Part shown: positions 52,583 through 61,398 of the stretch, piece by piece
How positions within the stretch are numbered: position 1 is the first letter of the stretch
Layout of the letters: every line of letters begins with the position of its first letter
DNA from: Thermoprotei archaeon
Lineage (GTDB): Archaea; Thermoproteota; Thermoprotei; Thermoproteales; B15-G16
Assembly: GCA_003649205.1 (NCBI GenBank)
Contig: QMRC01000009.1
Span: forward strand, 1-64,000
Length of the DNA stretch: 64,000 nucleotides
Reading direction: 5' to 3'
Made by a program: the position numbers and the translations under genes
The notes under the pieces: generated by a model
The model's input: the letters and a program-made list of their open reading frames with translations, nothing else
Databases searched by the model: none
Told to the model about the DNA's origin: nothing

Positions 52583-53175
52583 CCTCTAGTGAAAGACCTA
52601 ATTTTCCCTTTTTCTCCAAAATACTCATGCCCTCCAACGAGAGCACCCGTACTAGACTCGTGAGGTTTCTCTACCTCGATGCTATTACAGCTATCTTGAT
52701 AATGGTTTTCGCTTCCTACGCACTATCCTACATCCCCCTAATTGCTTCGAGACTTCTAGCAACTAATCAAGCACTTCAAGACATGTTCATGTACATCATG
52801 AAGAACTTGCTGCTACTAGCACTAGCATACGTACTAGTATCCAAGTTGATTAGAGTGATTTGTGATTGCTTTGAGATTTTATGTTTAAGGTACCTCGGTA
52901 CTACGGTTAAGTTCATTCAGTTAGTTGATAGAGCTTCACGCTACATAGCTACAAGAGTAGGCCTTGTTGTAGCTCTCGTGTACACATACCTTAGGATTGA
53001 TATAGGTATGTTATCTTACGTACTTACTGGTTTGGCTATACCTCCTGATGTCTTATCTGCATTTAAGCTAATGCTCATACCGCCAGCGATGTTATTTTCG
53101 TCACAGATAATGATTGAGGTCGTTAGGTTATGGAGAGAGATATCGTCATTGAGAGGTATGAGTTCGGTCACATAG
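52579..53175 (+). CDS. Hypothetical membrane protein
   Basis: About four hydrophobic helices; operonic overlap. Confidence 0.6.
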   Translation: MTSSERPNFPFFSKILMPSNESTRTRLVRFLYLDAITAILIMVFASYALSYIPLIASRLLATNQALQDMFMYIMKNLLLLALAYVLVSKLIRVICDCFEILCLRYLGTTVKFIQLVDRASRYIATRVGLVVALVYTYLRIDIGMLSYVLTGLAIPPDVLSAFKLMLIPPAMLFSSQIMIEVVRLWREISSLRGMSSVT

Positions 53176-53522
53176 TTGTGAATGGAATTTCCTACATAGA
53201 TGATGTTGTTTTACTCCCTAGTGGTGATGTCATTCCACGTAAAAAGCACCGTGTCAAGGGTAGGATGTGGCATAGACCACTTACAGGTAGTGAGCTTAAG
53301 GAGTACCTCGAGATGTGTAGATCTGATGTTGATGTAGTTGTTGTAGGTACTGGTTTCCTAGGGCTTATGCCACTCGATGAGGATGCTGAAGCCTTACTGA
53401 ATGAGTTAAGGAGTAGAGGTATCGAAGTCATTGTCGTTAATACACGTAAAGCTGTATCTCTACTACGGGATTTGGTTGCTGAAGGAAGGAGGATTTTAGC
53501 AGTTCTTCACTTAACGTGTTAG
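53130..53522 (+). CDS. Mth938-like protein
   Basis: YEFGHIVVNG, VVGTG, HLTC C-terminus. Confidence 0.85.
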   Translation: MERDIVIERYEFGHIVVNGISYIDDVVLLPSGDVIPRKKHRVKGRMWHRPLTGSELKEYLEMCRSDVDVVVVGTGFLGLMPLDEDAEALLNELRSRGIEVIVVNTRKAVSLLRDLVAEGRRILAVLHLTC

Positions 53523-53728
53523 AGGTGAGTTACTTGGTTAAGTACCTAATAGTTAGGTGTCCTAAGTGCGGAAATGTATCTGCTGTAATGATTGGTAGGA
53601 AGACAAAGCAATGCCCCTACTGTGGAACTAGGTTTGAGGTTTATAGGGCACAGATCCTGGCTAGAGCTAGAGATGGTAAAGAGGCTCGTGAGTTAATAAT
53701 CAAATTTAAGCAGTCCTCTTCCTTGTAG
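53516..53728 (+). CDS. Zinc-ribbon protein (DUF1922-like)
   Basis: CPKCG...CPYCG. Confidence 0.7.
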   Translation: MLEVSYLVKYLIVRCPKCGNVSAVMIGRKTKQCPYCGTRFEVYRAQILARARDGKEARELIIKFKQSSSL

Positions 53729-53809
53729 ATCATTGTACCTGTGGCAAGGTGAAAAGTGTAAAAAGATATAAAGACATAGAGCATTAGCTATGCAAGGTAA
53801 GGTGAGAGC

Positions 53810-54574
53810 TTGAGTCAGTTATACAGTAGAGAAATGTTCTCGCACTATATAGCTAGGAATCGTAAGTTAGCTGAAGTTGTGGTCATAGCTGAGAATAAAC
53901 CTGGTGTCCTAGCTGTTCTGGCTAATGTGTTATCTGAGCACGGTATAAACATTGTGTCCTGTAGTACGACTCCAACAGGACCAGTAGGCTCGATATTCTT
54001 CCTAGTTGATTACACAGAAGCAGATAAACCACTATCTGAGGTCATCAGTACGTATGGTAAGTTGGGTTTTGTTAAGGAGTATCACTACCGTGAGCAGGTA
54101 CTACCCTCGATAATATTCACAAACTACGCGTTCCCACCTACATTAGCTAACAGGAGAGTGATCGTAATTGAAGTCGAGAAGTTCATTAAGCTACTATCTG
54201 AGTTCGTCGATAGGACTGATTACCTGAAGCAATTGGGTAGGTACATGGGCGAATACGACTGCTCTATGTATGTTCCTGAAGGTGTCGAGGTAAAAAAGCC
54301 AAGTGAGCTAAGTGAGTTACTTAGGGTGCTTCAAGTCAAGGGATTTGGTGTTCCTGAAGTTGTGGAGTTCAGCGTAGAGCGTAGTAAAATTGTTATTCGT
54401 GAGCTGTTTGAGAAGGAGCTTGGTGAAGCTAAGGAGAGAGATCACTGTGTATTCACTTGTGGTTACCTAGAGGGTTTCCTCTCTAAGTTGTTCGGTAGGG
54501 AGTTTAGGGTAGAGGAGGAGTACTGTGCTTCAGTCGGTAAGCCGCACTGCTGCTTTATAGCGACTTCAAGATAG
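53810..54574 (+). CDS. ACT plus V4R domain protein
   Basis: NKPGVLA...GINI; C...GYLEG...EEYC..G..HC. Confidence 0.85.
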   Translation: MSQLYSREMFSHYIARNRKLAEVVVIAENKPGVLAVLANVLSEHGINIVSCSTTPTGPVGSIFFLVDYTEADKPLSEVISTYGKLGFVKEYHYREQVLPSIIFTNYAFPPTLANRRVIVIEVEKFIKLLSEFVDRTDYLKQLGRYMGEYDCSMYVPEGVEVKKPSELSELLRVLQVKGFGVPEVVEFSVERSKIVIRELFEKELGEAKERDHCVFTCGYLEGFLSKLFGREFRVEEEYCASVGKPHCCFIATSR

Positions 54575-55262
54575 GTCTCAGGTACTTCATCAGTACTCTC
54601 ATTGATGTTAGTGTTGAGAAGTGTAGTGTTGGTGTTTTCATTTCCTCCTCTTTGATGAACTTAGTGACTATTGACTTATTGAGTGCTGTACACATTACTA
54701 CGGGGTACTCGAGTGCTCTATTGTACATTACTATGTCTTCACTACGCAACTTAGATAGTGGTAGCACAATTCCTCTGCTATCTACCTTGAGAAGCTTCCT
54801 CATTAGCTCTAGTGAGCAAGTGAGCACAGATGCTATGAGTACGTACGAGAGCATTTCAGCTGTAAAACCAAGTACGTGCCAACTACCTAGCTTTCTCAAG
54901 GATGTAGCTACGGTAAAGCACTCAACACATGGTACCTCGCTTTCATCTCTAGTCAATACTACTTCTGGATTTTCGAATTCCGTAAGTACACTATGAGGTA
55001 CGCTTACAGACTTTGGTCTGATTAGTAGGGTTCCTCTAGTTCTCAATCGTCTCTTCCTAGCTACTCTAGAAATTAGTGGTGTAAGTGAGCATATGGGTAG
55101 TATGATGTAGAGATCTCCACTACCTGGTAAACCAGCACTGACCTTCGTCTCTATGAAGCGTATGAAGCATTTTCTGCAAAAGTACCTACCTGCTGGTCTG
55201 TAGTATATCTGTGGTGGATTACCGCATTTAGAACACTTCAGCTTATGTGGGACCTCGATCAC
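54555..55262 (-). CDS. Degenerate TtuA/Ncs6-family paralog
   Basis: CSKC...CRKCF zinc finger, CVEC, LGFTAE, VLPL; no SGGKDS PP-loop. Confidence 0.6.
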   Translation of the reverse strand: MIEVPHKLKCSKCGNPPQIYYRPAGRYFCRKCFIRFIETKVSAGLPGSGDLYIILPICSLTPLISRVARKRRLRTRGTLLIRPKSVSVPHSVLTEFENPEVVLTRDESEVPCVECFTVATSLRKLGSWHVLGFTAEMLSYVLIASVLTCSLELMRKLLKVDSRGIVLPLSKLRSEDIVMYNRALEYPVVMCTALNKSIVTKFIKEEEMKTPTLHFSTLTSMRVLMKYLRPILKSL

Positions 55263-55293
55263 CAGTCACCTCATGTCCCGGCCTTCATCATCA
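55236..55293 (-). ncRNA. Possible C/D box sRNA overlapping the start of the TtuA paralog
   Basis: ATGATGA-AGGCCGGGAC-ATGA...GTGATCGA-GGTCCCACATAAG-CTGA. Confidence 0.4.
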
Positions 55294-55341
55294 ACCACTA
55301 CGTGAATTAACCTCTCTACTTTGTGAATTGTTGAGAGATTT

Positions 55342-56082
55342 ATGCTTGTTGATACTCACTGCCATCTTTATGAGTATGGTGATGAGGTACCTGAAGTACT
55401 TGAGAGAGCTCGTGAAGTGGGGGTTGTGTACGTGGTTGCTGTTAGTGATGATTATGAAAGTAGTGTGAAGAGTATTGAGCTAGGTAAGAGGTATGACTCT
55501 GTTCTACCTCTCATAGGTATTCATCCTTGGTGCTGCCGCTATGTAAGTGCTTCAGAGGTAGCTAAACTGCGTGAGCTAGTAGAGAAATTTCGTGACTACG
55601 TACGTGGTATAGGTGAGGTTGGTCTAGATAAGAGATTTGGTAGAAGGTACTTCGATAGACAGTTGGAGATATTTACTGAGGTTCTTAAGCTAGCTCACGA
55701 CCATGGCCTACCTCTATCGATACACTGTATCAAGTGCGAGAAATTAACTCTAGATCTACTGAGGAAATTCGATATTGATATAGCTGTGTTTCACTGGTAC
55801 CAAGGTAGTTTGAAGGTACTTGAGGAAATTGTAGAGCTGGGGTACTACATCTCTGTGAACCCTTCAATTACCTATTCTCGAAGGAGTATCCTAGTAGCAA
55901 AGCATGCACCACTCAGGAACTTACTGGTTGAATCTGACTCACCATACCACTTTAGGGAGATATCATCTGAACCAGCTACCGTAGCTCTTGTTGTTGAGAA
56001 GTTGGCTAAATTACGTAATCAATCTATAGATCTTATTAAGGAAGTACTGTACTGGAACTCACTGAGGATATTTCTTCGGTAG
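55342..56082 (+). CDS. tatD: TatD-family hydrolase
   Basis: DTHCH, GIHPW, GEVGLD, SIH, FHW, ESDSPY. Confidence 0.93.
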   Translation: MLVDTHCHLYEYGDEVPEVLERAREVGVVYVVAVSDDYESSVKSIELGKRYDSVLPLIGIHPWCCRYVSASEVAKLRELVEKFRDYVRGIGEVGLDKRFGRRYFDRQLEIFTEVLKLAHDHGLPLSIHCIKCEKLTLDLLRKFDIDIAVFHWYQGSLKVLEEIVELGYYISVNPSITYSRRSILVAKHAPLRNLLVESDSPYHFREISSEPATVALVVEKLAKLRNQSIDLIKEVLYWNSLRIFLR

Positions 56083-56084
56083 TG

Positions 56085-56137
56085 TAGTGATGAATACTCG
56101 GTAATCTGACAGATGATGACTTACTCCCGTTCTGATT
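56085..56137 (+). ncRNA. C/D box sRNA with four perfect boxes
   Basis: GTGATGA-ATACTCGGTAAT-CTGA-CAG-ATGATGA-CTTACTCCCGTT-CTGA. Confidence 0.9.
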
Positions 56138-56175
56138 CAGTAACCTGGTTAACCCAAGAGCACTACGTATATAAA

Positions 56176-56195
56176 TTTGTGTGACATCGCACAAA
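56176..56195. promoter_or_regulatory. Imperfect palindrome just downstream of a TATA box
   Basis: TATATAAA 56168 then TTTGTGTGACATCGCACAAA. Confidence 0.5.
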
Positions 56196-56200
56196 AATGT

Positions 56201-56527
56201 ATGACCAGAGTAGCTGTCCCTCTTGATGAGAATAGAGGTCTAGACAGCAAGGTATCTAGTAGATTCGCTAGAGCACCTTACTTCGCAATTCTTGAGGTAG
56301 AGAACGGTAATGTCAAGCTACTAGACGTAGTCAGCAATCCTCATACAAATCTACCTCATGGTGCAGGTGCTGCTGCACTACAGTGGTTAGCAGGGTATGG
56401 TGTTCGTAAGGTAGTTACCACCATGATAGGTCCTAGAGCCTCTGAGGCAGCTAGGTTACTGGGTATTGAGGTTGTTAAGGTGCAGGTATCGTCTTTGAGA
56501 GAGGTCATTGAATTGCTGAAGAAGTGA
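56201..56527 (+). CDS. NifB/NifX-family protein
   Basis: SRFARAPYF, HGAG, IGPRA; start ATG 56201. Confidence 0.88.
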   Translation: MTRVAVPLDENRGLDSKVSSRFARAPYFAILEVENGNVKLLDVVSNPHTNLPHGAGAAALQWLAGYGVRKVVTTMIGPRASEAARLLGIEVVKVQVSSLREVIELLKK

Positions 56528-56543
56528 TTTTGCTATAGGTGAT

Positions 56544-57443
56544 TTGGTGTACCGAGTAGCTGTAGTAAGTGGAAAAGGTGGTACGGGCAAGACCTTTATC
56601 GCTAGCTCTCTCACTATTCTCATCTCGCAAGGATCTAGCGTGGTGTCGATTGATGCTGATGTAGAGGCACCTGATCTCGAGATTGCTCTAGGTGGTGGAG
56701 ATGTTATTGAGGTTAAGGAGCTTTATGAAGGTAGGGTAGCTGAGGTAAGTTATGAGAGATGTTTTCGATGCTTGAAGTGTGCTGAAGTCTGTAGGTTCGG
56801 TGCTGTATCCGTGCTAGAGGGTAATGTACCTGTTATCGATAAGTACCTATGTGAGGGTTGTGGTGCATGTTCCATAGTCTGTCCTAGCGGTGCTATTTCG
56901 TATGTACCCTCTAAGCTAGGTACCATGAAGGTTGTCCGCACTAAATTTGGGTACTTGGTCACAGCTAGTCTAGACCTAGGTAGAAGGGGTTCAGGGCATC
57001 TTGTTGAGCTAGAGAAGAGTAGAGGTCTAGAGCTAGCGAAGGAGTCAGATGCTAAATTCATCGTACTTGATGGTCCACCAGGTATTGGTTGTCCCTTGAT
57101 AGCTACAGTGGTTGATGCCGATTATGTAGTTATCGTTACGGAGCCAACACCGCAGGCACTTCATGGCTTAGCTAGGGTTGCTGAGGTGGTGAAGTTCTTC
57201 GGTAAGAAGTTTGGTGTCGTGATTAATAAGTTCGATGTCAATGAGGAGTACTGTACTCTAGTTGAGAAGTGGTGTAAGGAGCATGGTGGCTCTATCCTAG
57301 GTTCACTACCGTACGATAGGTGTGTAGTAGAGGCTTACACCAGAGTTACTCCACCGTTGCTGTACTGTAAGGAGAGGAAATCACCGTGTTTTGAAGCTAT
57401 GGTGTCGATTTATGAGAACTTACTGAGGGACTTAGGTGTTTAA
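56544..57443 (+). CDS. MinD-family P-loop ATPase with inserted 2x[4Fe-4S] (COG1149-like)
   Basis: SGKGGTGKT, DADVEAPD, two ferredoxin motifs, DGPPGIGCP, TEPT. Confidence 0.9.
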   Translation: MVYRVAVVSGKGGTGKTFIASSLTILISQGSSVVSIDADVEAPDLEIALGGGDVIEVKELYEGRVAEVSYERCFRCLKCAEVCRFGAVSVLEGNVPVIDKYLCEGCGACSIVCPSGAISYVPSKLGTMKVVRTKFGYLVTASLDLGRRGSGHLVELEKSRGLELAKESDAKFIVLDGPPGIGCPLIATVVDADYVVIVTEPTPQALHGLARVAEVVKFFGKKFGVVINKFDVNEEYCTLVEKWCKEHGGSILGSLPYDRCVVEAYTRVTPPLLYCKERKSPCFEAMVSIYENLLRDLGV

Positions 57444-57445
57444 CC

Positions 57446-58336
57446 ATGGTTGTTGTATGTGTGAGTGGTGGAAAGGGAGGTACTGGTAAGTCAACTATAG
57501 CGTGTTGCTTAGCTGTGCTACTATCTCGAATGAAGTTTAGCGTTTTGCTCGTTGATGCCGATATCGAAAATCCCGTAGATCACCTAGTACTTGGCATAAG
57601 TAGGGAGCTACGTAGTGAGATATCGTCATTTTTACCAGAGATAGACAGTAGCAAGTGCATTGGTTGCCTAAAGTGTGTTCTATCATGTCCTGAGCATGCA
57701 CTCATAGGTTTAAAGGGCTCTGTACCCAAGTTAATGGAGGAGCTATGTAATGGATGTGGTGTCTGCAAACTTGTCTGCCCCCGGGGAGCTATTGTTGAGA
57801 AGCAGAGAATGGTTGCTAGGGTTTGGGTAGGTGAGAAGAACGGCATCAATTACATAGCATGCGAACTACTACCTGGTGTGAAGCAGGCACATGCTGTGAC
57901 TGAAATATTCCTCAAATCAATTGAGGAGCAGCTTCGTAGCTACAACTTCGCGATAATCGACACGATTCCTGGTGCTGGCTCCTCTGTCTACAGCTGTATC
58001 AAGAGATCTAATGTAGTTATCGCAGTAACTGAACCAACACCACTAGGTGCTCACGACCTAGATCTACTTCTTCAACTCTGTGAAAGAATTGACAGGAAGG
58101 TCATCACCGTACTAAATAGAGCAGATCTACCAGGTTCTGGTAAGGACTACGTACTGGCTACCGTAGATAAGTTCAAGCATATAGTTATAGGGTATGTAGA
58201 GATACCATACCTCAGTGAGGTAGTCAAGTACTACTCCAAATCCGATGTACTAACACTACTAGAGAAACTACAACCCTTCAAACAGCCACTAGAGAAACTA
58301 GCTGAATTACTGATCGAGATAAGTAGAAAAGTTTAA
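57446..58336 (+). CDS. MinD-family P-loop ATPase with inserted 2x[4Fe-4S], paralog
   Basis: GGKGGTGKS, DADIENP, two ferredoxin motifs, TEPTPLGAHDL. Confidence 0.9.
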   Translation: MVVVCVSGGKGGTGKSTIACCLAVLLSRMKFSVLLVDADIENPVDHLVLGISRELRSEISSFLPEIDSSKCIGCLKCVLSCPEHALIGLKGSVPKLMEELCNGCGVCKLVCPRGAIVEKQRMVARVWVGEKNGINYIACELLPGVKQAHAVTEIFLKSIEEQLRSYNFAIIDTIPGAGSSVYSCIKRSNVVIAVTEPTPLGAHDLDLLLQLCERIDRKVITVLNRADLPGSGKDYVLATVDKFKHIVIGYVEIPYLSEVVKYYSKSDVLTLLEKLQPFKQPLEKLAELLIEISRKV

Positions 58337-58343
58337 AAATTTC

Positions 58344-58357
58344 TGTGCAATTGCACA
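58344..58357. promoter_or_regulatory. Perfect 14-bp palindrome TGTGCAATTGCACA
   Basis: Lies between TTTAAAAA (58332) and the GGAGGTGA RBS. Confidence 0.65.
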
Positions 58358-58375
58358 AAAGGAGGTGACTAGAGT

Positions 58376-58642
58376 ATGGCCTGGTGGTTCGGTTGGGGAG
58401 GATGGGGCTGGAGAAGAGGATGGGTTGGTCCATGGCCAGGTAGAGGACCATTCAGCTACTTACCACCATGGCTAAGACCAGGTTGGCTCTTCGGTAGAGG
58501 AGCTTGCTGGTGGCTCTTTGGCTTCCCATGGACATATTACATGTATTACACACCATACTACCTATACACTCCATGGATGATGTACTGGTGGTACCTACCA
58601 TACCTATACTACCCACCCATACCATACCCAAGATGGTGGTAA
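58376..58642 (+). CDS. Trp/Gly/Tyr/Pro-rich small protein
   Basis: GGAGGTGA RBS; GPWPGRGPFSYLPPWLRPGW motif. Confidence 0.8.
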   Translation: MAWWFGWGGWGWRRGWVGPWPGRGPFSYLPPWLRPGWLFGRGACWWLFGFPWTYYMYYTPYYLYTPWMMYWWYLPYLYYPPIPYPRWW

Positions 58643-58646
58643 GGAG

Positions 58647-58850
58647 GTGAACCACGTGTACTACCCATACCCATGGTATTCAGTACCCATACTCCCTCCA
58701 ATACCGCCAATACCAGACTACTTCCTACTATACACACCATACTACCTACTCACAATAACACTATACTGGTGGCTATACATTGAAACCTACAGAATATTCC
58801 TCGACCTAGTAAGGAAGACCTTTGAGGCATTACCCAGGCCAAGTGCTTAA
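58647..58850 (+). CDS. Tyr/Pro-rich small protein
   Basis: GGAGGTGA RBS; start likely GTG 58656 (MYYPYPW). Confidence 0.7.
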   Translation: MNHVYYPYPWYSVPILPPIPPIPDYFLLYTPYYLLTITLYWWLYIETYRIFLDLVRKTFEALPRPSA

Positions 58851-58950
58851 AATCCTCTAAACTCTTAGACTTCTCTGATCTTCCTTACTAGATTTTTCAA
58901 GCAGTCAAAAAGTTTTAGACTGAGTACAACTCAGAAATTACTGTAGCTAG

Positions 58951-59316
58951 GTGGTAGTCATGGGATATTGGTGGCGTAGATGGTTTAGATGGATGTTTTA
59001 CATGCCTCCACCCCCACCGCCTCCACCATCAACACAGCAGCAAACTACTCAACAACCACAGCAGTACCAGGCAGTACAGCCATCAATCCCCTATCCACCA
59101 TACTACCCATACTACACCCCAATGTACTTCCCTCCAATACCTCCACCACCAATGAGACCAGAAGAGGAGCTTCGAATGCTTGAAGAGTACAAGAGAGCAC
59201 TTGAGGAGGATATTCGTGAGCTACAGGATGAATTGAAGAGTGTTGAGGAGAGAATTAGAGAGCTTAGGGAGTTAATCGAGAAGAGAGGAGGTTTCTCTCA
59301 GGTAAAGGTTACCTAA
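58951..59316 (+). CDS. Pro/Gln/Tyr-rich protein with C-terminal coiled coil (DUF5320-like)
   Basis: WWRRWFRW, poly-Pro, EEELRMLEEYKRALEE...RIREL. Confidence 0.75.
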   Translation: MVVMGYWWRRWFRWMFYMPPPPPPPPSTQQQTTQQPQQYQAVQPSIPYPPYYPYYTPMYFPPIPPPPMRPEEELRMLEEYKRALEEDIRELQDELKSVEERIRELRELIEKRGGFSQVKVT

Positions 59317-59409
59317 AGGTAAGCATTATCGATTTATGAGATAGATCACATCTCTTGTAAACTCCTAATTCCTCTACTTTTCTTCCTCATTCTTCACTTA
59401 ACTTACTGA

Positions 59410-60090
59410 TTGAGTACGTATTCTTTTAGCTCTCCTCGGATTAATGTTACTTTGATGAGGTCATACATACAGGACTTGGTTGAGTGCTTTAAGAGTGTAT
59501 GCGAATCACTACGTAGGTATCACAGTATCATGTCTTTATTGAGTAAGGTATTGAGACATCTACCTGATGAATATGGTATGTGGGAGAGACCAGTTGCCAC
59601 ATCGCTAGCTCTAGGTCTAGCGCTAATTGACTCTGGATGTGTAGTTCTTGGGTGTTACCTACTTAGGTATTGTCTAGAAGCTGTAATTCAACTTCATTAC
59701 TTCACGTGGTTAGCCTCTAGAAGAGGTATCCCTATTCGAGAGCTTTTAGCTAAGTACTCGAGATTTGGTAGAGCTTTCTGGTTGAAGATGATTAGAGATG
59801 TACCTGGTCTTCCTGGAGTGTACAGGAAGCAATTAGCTAGAGTGTACATTGAGTTAGCTCACTACACACATCCATCTACCGAGTCCCTAGCTCTTCTCTC
59901 ACGTACAGGACCTGTACCTGCTAGGATCAGTGATGTAGCTCGTGATGTGGTCGACTTCGTTATGTACTTCCTCCTTCATCACGTTGATGAGGGTTCACTA
60001 CGTGATTTAGATCCTGAGGAGTTCTCTTCTCTTGGATTGACTAGAGCGGCGAAGTACGTTGCTAAGCGCTTGAGGAAGACTTCTCACTAG
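59410..60090 (+). CDS. Helical protein with HEPN-like signature
   Basis: LLRYCLE...YIELAHYTHP. Confidence 0.55.
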   Translation: MSTYSFSSPRINVTLMRSYIQDLVECFKSVCESLRRYHSIMSLLSKVLRHLPDEYGMWERPVATSLALGLALIDSGCVVLGCYLLRYCLEAVIQLHYFTWLASRRGIPIRELLAKYSRFGRAFWLKMIRDVPGLPGVYRKQLARVYIELAHYTHPSTESLALLSRTGPVPARISDVARDVVDFVMYFLLHHVDEGSLRDLDPEEFSSLGLTRAAKYVAKRLRKTSH

Positions 60091-60454
60091 TTTCCTGTGC
60101 TCCAAGTGCTCCTAATGCTGCGGATATCTTTAGTAGTATCTCTGCTGCTGTTCTTATGGCAGGGTAGGCTGAAGCTACTGCTTTCTTCACTGTTTCAAAG
60201 ATCTCGAGATCGCTGAAGGTACCTGTACCTAGGTCTAGTCTAATATCCTGCTTCACAGATACCTTATGTGGCCCTATTGAAGCTTCAAATGCTACGTTGG
60301 CTATTGCTACGTACCTTATACCTCTATCAGTTACCTCAGCTTCAACTCTAACAGACTGTACCCTTATGTTCACTGGTATTTCCTTACCTTCAACAACTAT
60401 TACAGGTGGGTACTTCTCAACTAATCGAACAGCCATTCCCTTCTCCCTAATCAA
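60062..60454 (-). CDS. Hypothetical protein
   Basis: 130 aa, beta-rich then helical. Confidence 0.6.
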   Translation of the reverse strand: MIREKGMAVRLVEKYPPVIVVEGKEIPVNIRVQSVRVEAEVTDRGIRYVAIANVAFEASIGPHKVSVKQDIRLDLGTGTFSDLEIFETVKKAVASAYPAIRTAAEILLKISAALGALGAQETSEKSSSSA

Positions 60455-60585
60455 ACTCAGTGCTGAGGTTAAAAAAGCTAATACTTGGGTTAGTAATTTG
60501 CTGCTATTACCTAGGTACTTACGGAAGTATGTTAACTCGGTAGTGAAGGTCTACTTAATCCTACTTATCGCTGATTACATTAGCG

Positions 60586-61398
60586 ATGTACCTCGATAGG
60601 GATAGGATTGGTACACTGTACTCGATTAAGCAATTCATTCCCTTAACTCCAAGTTCAGAGATGTTGTGTAAGTGTTTTGTTGATAGGGTTAACGAGGTTA
60701 AGCTGCTGAGTGATGTCGGTAACAAGAGGGTACTATTGATAGGGGCTTCTGGCTCAGGTAGGAGGTCACTAATTAGCTACTGTGCAGCCAAGGGTATTCG
60801 TGTTGAAGCTATCATTACCACACCGGTGGACTATTTGATGGAAAGGGTAATGCGTGATGTTGGATATGTCATTGTGGTTAAACCAATGAGTAGTGAGCAG
60901 ATTTGTGAACTACTTCGTGTATGGATTAAGGTCCTTAAACTTCCTGAAGTAAGTTCTCAAGTACTTGAGATGATTGGTACCTACTCACTTGGTATCCCCC
61001 TCTTAGCGATACTAGCTGTCAACTACGTACTGAGTAATTTCAGGTACTGCTTCGGTGCTCGTGATCAATGTAGGTACGTTGCTGAGTTCTTCACTCAAAT
61101 AGGTATTACCAATGTGCTGATTCGATTTCTAGCTGAGTACGGTGACTCGGTAGTGAGTATTCTCAAGGCTTTGACTAGAGGTCCTCAGTCAATATCTAGT
61201 ATTACTGAGCTTAGTGCTCTTTCACCACATGTGTGTAGGAGGTTACTTCGTAATCTATGGTGTTTGAATTTAGTTAGGAGAGTGGGGGTTAGGTATGAGT
61301 TAACACCAAAGGGGGTTTTCATACTTGATGTTCTCCTGAGCAGTACCTACGGTGAGTACTTGCTTGGTTCACTGGAGAAGTTCTACGTAGATGTCTGA
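60586..61398 (+). CDS. Degenerate ATPase-like domain plus C-terminal wHTH
   Basis: FVDRVNE, GASGSGRRS, GIP, YELTPKG. Confidence 0.6.
   Translation: MYLDRDRIGTLYSIKQFIPLTPSSEMLCKCFVDRVNEVKLLSDVGNKRVLLIGASGSGRRSLISYCAAKGIRVEAIITTPVDYLMERVMRDVGYVIVVKPMSSEQICELLRVWIKVLKLPEVSSQVLEMIGTYSLGIPLLAILAVNYVLSNFRYCFGARDQCRYVAEFFTQIGITNVLIRFLAEYGDSVVSILKALTRGPQSISSITELSALSPHVCRRLLRNLWCLNLVRRVGVRYELTPKGVFILDVLLSSTYGEYLLGSLEKFYVDV

Noticed and set aside
56201-56527. Nitrogen fixation
   Set aside because: NifX-like domains are widespread without nitrogenase; no nifHDK in the window.
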